From: an uncultured virus (IMG/VR IMGVR_UViG_3300045923_000041)
Taxonomy: Duplodnaviria > Heunggongvirae > Uroviricota > Caudoviricetes
Reading direction: 5' to 3' (one strand)
IMG/VR virus record: IMGVR_UViG_3300045923_000041
Span: 106,453-126,452 of that record
Length of the DNA: 20,000 nucleotides
Positions within the stretch are counted from its first letter, which is position 1; each line of letters opens with the position of its first letter. Below the pieces are notes generated by a model, which ran no database searches, was not told the DNA's origin, and saw only the letters and a program-made list of their open reading frames with translations. Made by a program: the position numbers and the translations under genes. Of this stretch, positions 17,501-20,000 are shown piece by piece.

Positions 17501-20000
17501 GTAGACCCCCGTCTCGTACGTGCTCGCGTCGTCGAACGTGGTGAGGGCCGGATAGTACGAGTTGCCCTTGTCGTCGGTAACCGAGACGAAGCTTGAAGGG
17601 TACTGCCCGCTCCAGGCGACGATCACGGTGTTGCCCACCGTGGCCGCCACGGGGAGGATGGCCGTAACGGAGGTGACCGCGGTGTAAGCCACACCCGCTA
17701 CAGGGGCCTTTTGAATGAACGTTGGGTTCGCGTACCCCAAGCCCAGTTGCTGTGTGAGTGTGCCAACAGCACCCGTGACGTTAAGGCCACCGTAGATCGG
17801 TTGGAACGAGCCACCGCTTAGCGCGCCACCTGTCGTTGGCTCGAAGGTCCCGCCGTCTGCGAGCTGCACCGCGGTCAACGAAGGCAGATCAGCGGGAGCA
17901 GGTCGCAGACGGTTGTAGACCGAGGACTGGATAGCCGAAGGGTTGTTCCAGTAGAAGTTCGCCGCGATCATACCCCAAGAGGCGTTGCCAGCGAGCGTAA
18001 CTCCCGCGCTGTTGGTACCGATCGTCGCACCGATGTCATCTTCAATGATCTGGTCGAAAATAGAAGTGACCAGGCGTTGCGTGTACCCAGAACCGGGCGT
18101 CGTCGTCGGTTGCGAGCCGCTCCACCCGGTAGCGATGATGGCGCCGAGCTTGCTGGTCGTGAAGTTGCCCGTGGATGGCGTGGAGGTGAACAACGAGTTC
18201 GTGCTCGTGTCCATCGCCGCGCCCGTATCGTAGGCGTTGATGCCCGAATACTCGGCCGCGATCACGGTCATCGCGTTGACGTTGGTCGTGGTGAAAGCGA
18301 CGCTGACCTGATTGCCCGAGCCGCCCGTGATGCCGAAGGCAACGTAGACGGCCATCGACACGGCGCTGTAGCCGCTGCTCGCCGTGCCCGCCCAGCTCAA
18401 GACCTGTGTGTAGGAGTTCCCTTGGGTATCGGTCACGCCCGTGCCCGGGAAGCCGTTGGCCGGATAGACCATGCCGCACATGACGAAGACCACGATGGCG
18501 TTACCCGCGGTGTTCGCCGATCCGAAGGCTGCCGTCGTCGCTGGGCTTGCAACGCTACCGCCGGGCTCTTCGAGATACGCTCCCTGTTTGAACGTGACGG
18601 CCGGAACCGACACGGGAGTGCCCGACAGGACCATGGTCCCGAGGTTGCCCGTGACATTCAGGAGGCTGAATATGTTGGACGGAACGCCAAGCGTCGTCTG
18701 GCCACCAAAAGCACCCGTGATGCCCGTTTGATTGGCGTGCTGAAGGGTTTGGAACGGAGGCAGGTCCGGAACCACCGGAGGCAAGAAGATGTTGTCGATC
18801 TCGTATCCGATGGTGAGCGGAGGCGGCGGGGTAAACGGACCCGGCGCGACTTGACCGCCAAAGGCGCCCGTGATCCCGTTGTTGTGGCCCGTAGGGATCG
18901 CCTGAAACGGCGGCAACAACATCACATCGGTCGTAGGCGCGGCCGAAGCTTCCAGGGCGTTGATGACCGATTCGTCCTGTGCTGCGTAGAACCCCGCCGC
19001 GACGATCCCCCAGGTCTGAGCGGTCATGGTCGCAATGGCCGTCACGGACCCCGCAGCACCAAAGACCGCGTACTCCAGAATGTCTGCGTATCCGCTCGTC
19101 TTCTGAATGAGCCTGAACCCACCACCAGCTCCCGTCGCCGAACCAGTGTTGATCGTCGCTGCGAAGACAATGCACTGGCGGTGAGCGAGGTTGAAGGGCC
19201 CAGTGGTGGCGTTTGCCGTCGTACCCGTAGCCCCAGCGCCGTTGTCGTAAGCAGTGATACCCGCGACCTCGAAGCAGTAGATGGCGGGCGAGGTCATGCT
19301 GCCCGTAGCCGTAAAAGACACCGCGTTGGAAGCCCCGCCCACCACATTGAAGGCCACGTAAACGGCCATCTGCGTGCTGTTGGGTGTGCTCGATACGGAG
19401 GCACCCGGGCAGGCGACGTATGTGTTGCCTTGAGTGTCCGTGACCGTGTTAAACGTGACGCCCGTGGAGTTCTGGTTGGCGAGGATAACGACGATCGCTC
19501 GTCCCGGCTTGACGGTGGCTCCGAATGTTGCTGTCTGCGTAGACTCCCCGACCGCCACCTGAATGTACTGCGGCGCTTGCGCCATCGAGTTGCTGAACAG
19601 CGTCCCGATCCTGCCAGACACGTTCAGACCCGCGAGCACCCCTAGATTGGCACCCGTGTTGACCTGGCCACCAAAGGCGCCCGTGATGCCGTTGGACTCG
19701 CCGTTATCGATCATCTGAAGCGGCGGCAAGTCCGCCGTCAAAGGAGGCAGCGAGTGCGTGTGGAACAAAGAGGTGGGCCGCAACGGCGGCGCACCGAAGC
19801 CCAAGCTAAGGGCGCCACCTGTTGTGGGGTTGGGCACCTGACCGTCCGAAAGGGACAAAGGCGGGGGGACCTGGACGGGAGCCCATGTGCCCCCCATGCC
19901 ATCGGGCGATGCTGTTATGATGGCTGCGTTTTGCGAAGGAACTCCGGCACCCTGACCAAGTGCGCCACCAGACGTCGAGTTGAACGACCTACCGTCAGCG
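11525..20000 (-). CDS. Giant Pro-rich repeat protein with four beta-sandwich-like domains; putative virion fibre/decoration protein (5'-truncated, >2,824 aa)
   Basis: The track starts it at 19897, but the frame stays open to the window edge and encodes ADGRSFNSTSGGALGQGAGVPSQNAAIITASPDG, another copy of an internal repeat, so the true start is outside the window. Directly upstream of the adaptor gene. Confidence 0.85.
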   Translation of the reverse strand, partial: ADGRSFNSTSGGALGQGAGVPSQNAAIITASPDGMGGTWAPVQVPPPLSLSDGQVPNPTTGGALSLGFGAPPLRPTSLFHTHSLPPLTADLPPLQMIDNGESNGITGAFGGQVNTGANLGVLAGLNVSGRIGTLFSNSMAQAPQYIQVAVGESTQTATFGATVKPGRAIVVILANQNSTGVTFNTVTDTQGNTYVACPGASVSSTPNSTQMAVYVAFNVVGGASNAVSFTATGSMTSPAIYCFEVAGITAYDNGAGATGTTANATTGPFNLAHRQCIVFAATINTGSATGAGGGFRLIQKTSGYADILEYAVFGAAGSVTAIATMTAQTWGIVAAGFYAAQDESVINALEASAAPTTDVMLLPPFQAIPTGHNNGITGAFGGQVAPGPFTPPPPLTIGYEIDNIFLPPVVPDLPPFQTLQHANQTGITGAFGGQTTLGVPSNIFSLLNVTGNLGTMVLSGTPVSVPAVTFKQGAYLEEPGGSVASPATTAAFGSANTAGNAIVVFVMCGMVYPANGFPGTGVTDTQGNSYTQVLSWAGTASSGYSAVSMAVYVAFGITGGSGNQVSVAFTTTNVNAMTVIAAEYSGINAYDTGAAMDTSTNSLFTSTPSTGNFTTSKLGAIIATGWSGSQPTTTPGSGYTQRLVTSIFDQIIEDDIGATIGTNSAGVTLAGNASWGMIAANFYWNNPSAIQSSVYNRLRPAPADLPSLTAVQLADGGTFEPTTGGALSGGSFQPIYGGLNVTGAVGTLTQQLGLGYANPTFIQKAPVAGVAYTAVTSVTAILPVAATVGNTVIVAWSGQYPSSFVSVTDDKGNSYYPALTTFDDASTYETGVYYSKITIAGATHITVTYTTGGMQSFYVWALEYSGLAGPDVSVDTYTGSSGTSFTTGPTPTTTQATELLFNWLAWAGNNLSALDPTWTSRGLGGNGPWNGVADRVVTSTGAYSSTSTIASSGGSVVSCIVTFKAQSFAGLSNINTITRPSVSESPQLPATTGVKAGYGQSPGVAYVSHSSPFKAPEVLPYSIALHAGAGSIVPAKGTIYASPLDVLSPAMQPWGLPPTQQTILKGLDVVTLTGYLNISGQFGSLSIAGNPGITAPTYVQVASNNVAPGTSVTATFTGSNTAGNLLVAAVFSPTGGPISVTDTAGNVYHSAVVSPGGIVAIYYAWNIAAHASNAVTATWGGSNYYELSVVEYSGVQNTSDPLDVATAIGTTASTSVSVPITTTVGTDLLFTVIETNGSSTGYVPTGGAITRYNFNSGAAMEQDQLAGAPGTYSPGCTFTSSYNWSAAVAAFKPLGLATTINLNAQEQIFNQIRADLPPFQALENGEPNGITGAFGGQTNTGYGQPGPPPSPITLYSELDIDAEALRGRGKPPHVYISDGGSFNPTSGGALGQGAGQAAQPPVITFTEFDIEAPAERYRTKPPTVYISDGGTFNATSGGALGQGANPLVGYVYGNSFLPPLVADLPLFQAIENGEPIGITGAFGGQTNTGAGQPSQNAQLVQPFVIPPSAILPPLDAVLTGYGQPSQNASLVQPVVLPPSAVLPPTDYVLAGYGQPAEAPFFVQPFVLPPNAQLPPTDYVLAGYGQPPQNAALYQPFNLPQLALLPPTDYVLKGYGQPSQTAQIIPAVPPPFVPLLPPTDYVYAGFGQAAQAPATFVGTPPPFVPLLPPTDYVYAGYGQPAQNAQLVQPFVLPPNASLPPLDSVYAGYGQPSQAPFFVQPTILPPSAQLPPTDYVFAGFGFPTQAAQIIPAIPPPVVPALPPPTSVYAGFGQAAQAAATFIGVPAPSAILPPTDYIYTGFGQAAQVPFIVPAQIPPSATLPPLDSIFAGYGQPSQVAQLLVQPPAPYVQLPPQDYILKGFGQATQAPSVVPAQIPPFAVLPPEDSIFIGYGQPAQVAQILPAIPPPRVPDLPPPQSIFAGFGQPAQNAALFQPFVLPPSALLPPPTFLVAGYGKPSLNAFTISQPLVAPSATLPPQDYVVTGYGQAAQIAEVFYPSLFPAPSAILPPEDSIFAGYGTPSLSNIPFTLQPQPPYVALPPEDSIFAGFGKPAQVAVQIIGVPPPAANLPPQDYVYAGYGQAAQAPFFVQPFVLPPSAALPPPQSIYAGYGKPAQVAALFQPFVLPPSAALPPLDSIFAGYGQAAEVPFFVQPTLLPPSANLPPQDYVFAGYGQAAEAPFHVQATILPPTEVLPPQDYIYAGYGKPAEAPFFVQPTLLPPSAVLPPEDSIFAGFGYPPQNPAIYTQPLVPPFAALPPTDYILKGFGQAAQAPTLVQPFVLPPTEVLPPPQSIYAGFGRPAQNAALYQPFVLPPSAALPPLDSIFAGFGFPPQKAVVYTQPLVPPFTQLPPEDAVFAGHGQAAQSPELFQPFVLPPSAQLPPQDYVLKGYGQAAQNAQIIIAPPVAPHAYYLIPPPLLLSSGDPPPAFYATSGGALTGGAGTAAQSAVVFSLPPPSPYVQLPPTDYLFAGYGQAAQAPFISKAAPADYVPLPPLDSLFAGFGQAAQNPAIYIGVPAPAALLPPTDYVLAGYGQAAQVAQIIPAVPPPLVPDLPPPQYVIPGFGFPAQVAQLFQAYDARAPYPTVIPELVVGYGQAAQAPQIIPTIPAPLVPDLPPPQYLFAGFGFPPQNAQIIPAALPPVADLPPQDSIFAGYGVPSQNAFIYVQPPAQYVSLPPISAIIAGYNYQAPVLPPILRTRTTSRLVAFPYWATFFEPHHLPLYVYEKDDDKRRHPVEPYKVTFALYQVKDMFLMPVGPDAREPAHGPGVGHFYVTGVVGEGGQPGIWMVRWTVQETFFSQSFTKDYYFEVLDAVSAHFPDDKTPRGRKRGWD
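11972..15535 (-). repeat. Coding tandem array: ~38 units of 30-32 aa (mode 31 aa / 93 bp)
   Basis: Counted in the translation. Consensus G[YF]G[QK][PA][AS]Q-x~9-PP-x3-LPPx[DQ][YS][VI][FYL]A. One unit near 12700-12800 carries a TSGGAL insertion. Confidence 0.92.
16122..19576 (-). repeat. Four diverged ~200-aa Thr/Ser/Gly/Ala-rich domains within the giant protein
   Basis: Approx. 18980-19576, 17945-18600, 17105-17728 and 16122-16717. Each has G[NR]x[IVL][VIL]V...VTD[TD]xGNxY...E[YV][SA]G and ends in a strand with F[YK]. Each is preceded by LN[VI][ST]GxxG[TS][LM]. Confidence 0.85.

Noticed and set aside
19895..19897. ATG at 19897 as the true start of the giant protein
   Set aside because: The upstream frame is open to the window edge and encodes another TSGGALGQGAG repeat, and there is no clear RBS.

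Overview
High-GC window with 12 tightly packed genes, all on the minus strand, which I read as the neck-to-tail morphogenesis operon of a large contractile-tailed (jumbo-type) phage. No host housekeeping genes, RNA genes, integrase or CRISPR array are visible. In transcription order the genes are: a giant (>2,824 aa, open past position 20000) Pro-rich repeat protein with four ~200-aa beta-domains; a putative head-tail adaptor; a 98-aa coiled-coil protein; a putative head-closure protein; a basic neck/tail-completion-like protein; a 201-aa coiled-coil protein; a 171-aa hydrophilic protein; a Dps/ferritin-like protein; an actin-fold ATPase; a putative tail terminator; an FmdB-type zinc-ribbon protein; and a very large tail-sheath-like protein (>1,163 aa, runs off position 1, absent from the supplied ORF track). 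The main result is an actin homologue, resembling the haloarchaeal volactin family rather than MreB/ParM, embedded with a candidate adaptor and a Dps-like gene among the neck and tail genes: a candidate phage actin system linked to virion assembly. The giant protein is built on a 31-aa repeat and ends in a domain that is paralogous to the N-terminal domain of the adjacent adaptor. Structural-gene names rest on motifs and gene order only; no searches were run.
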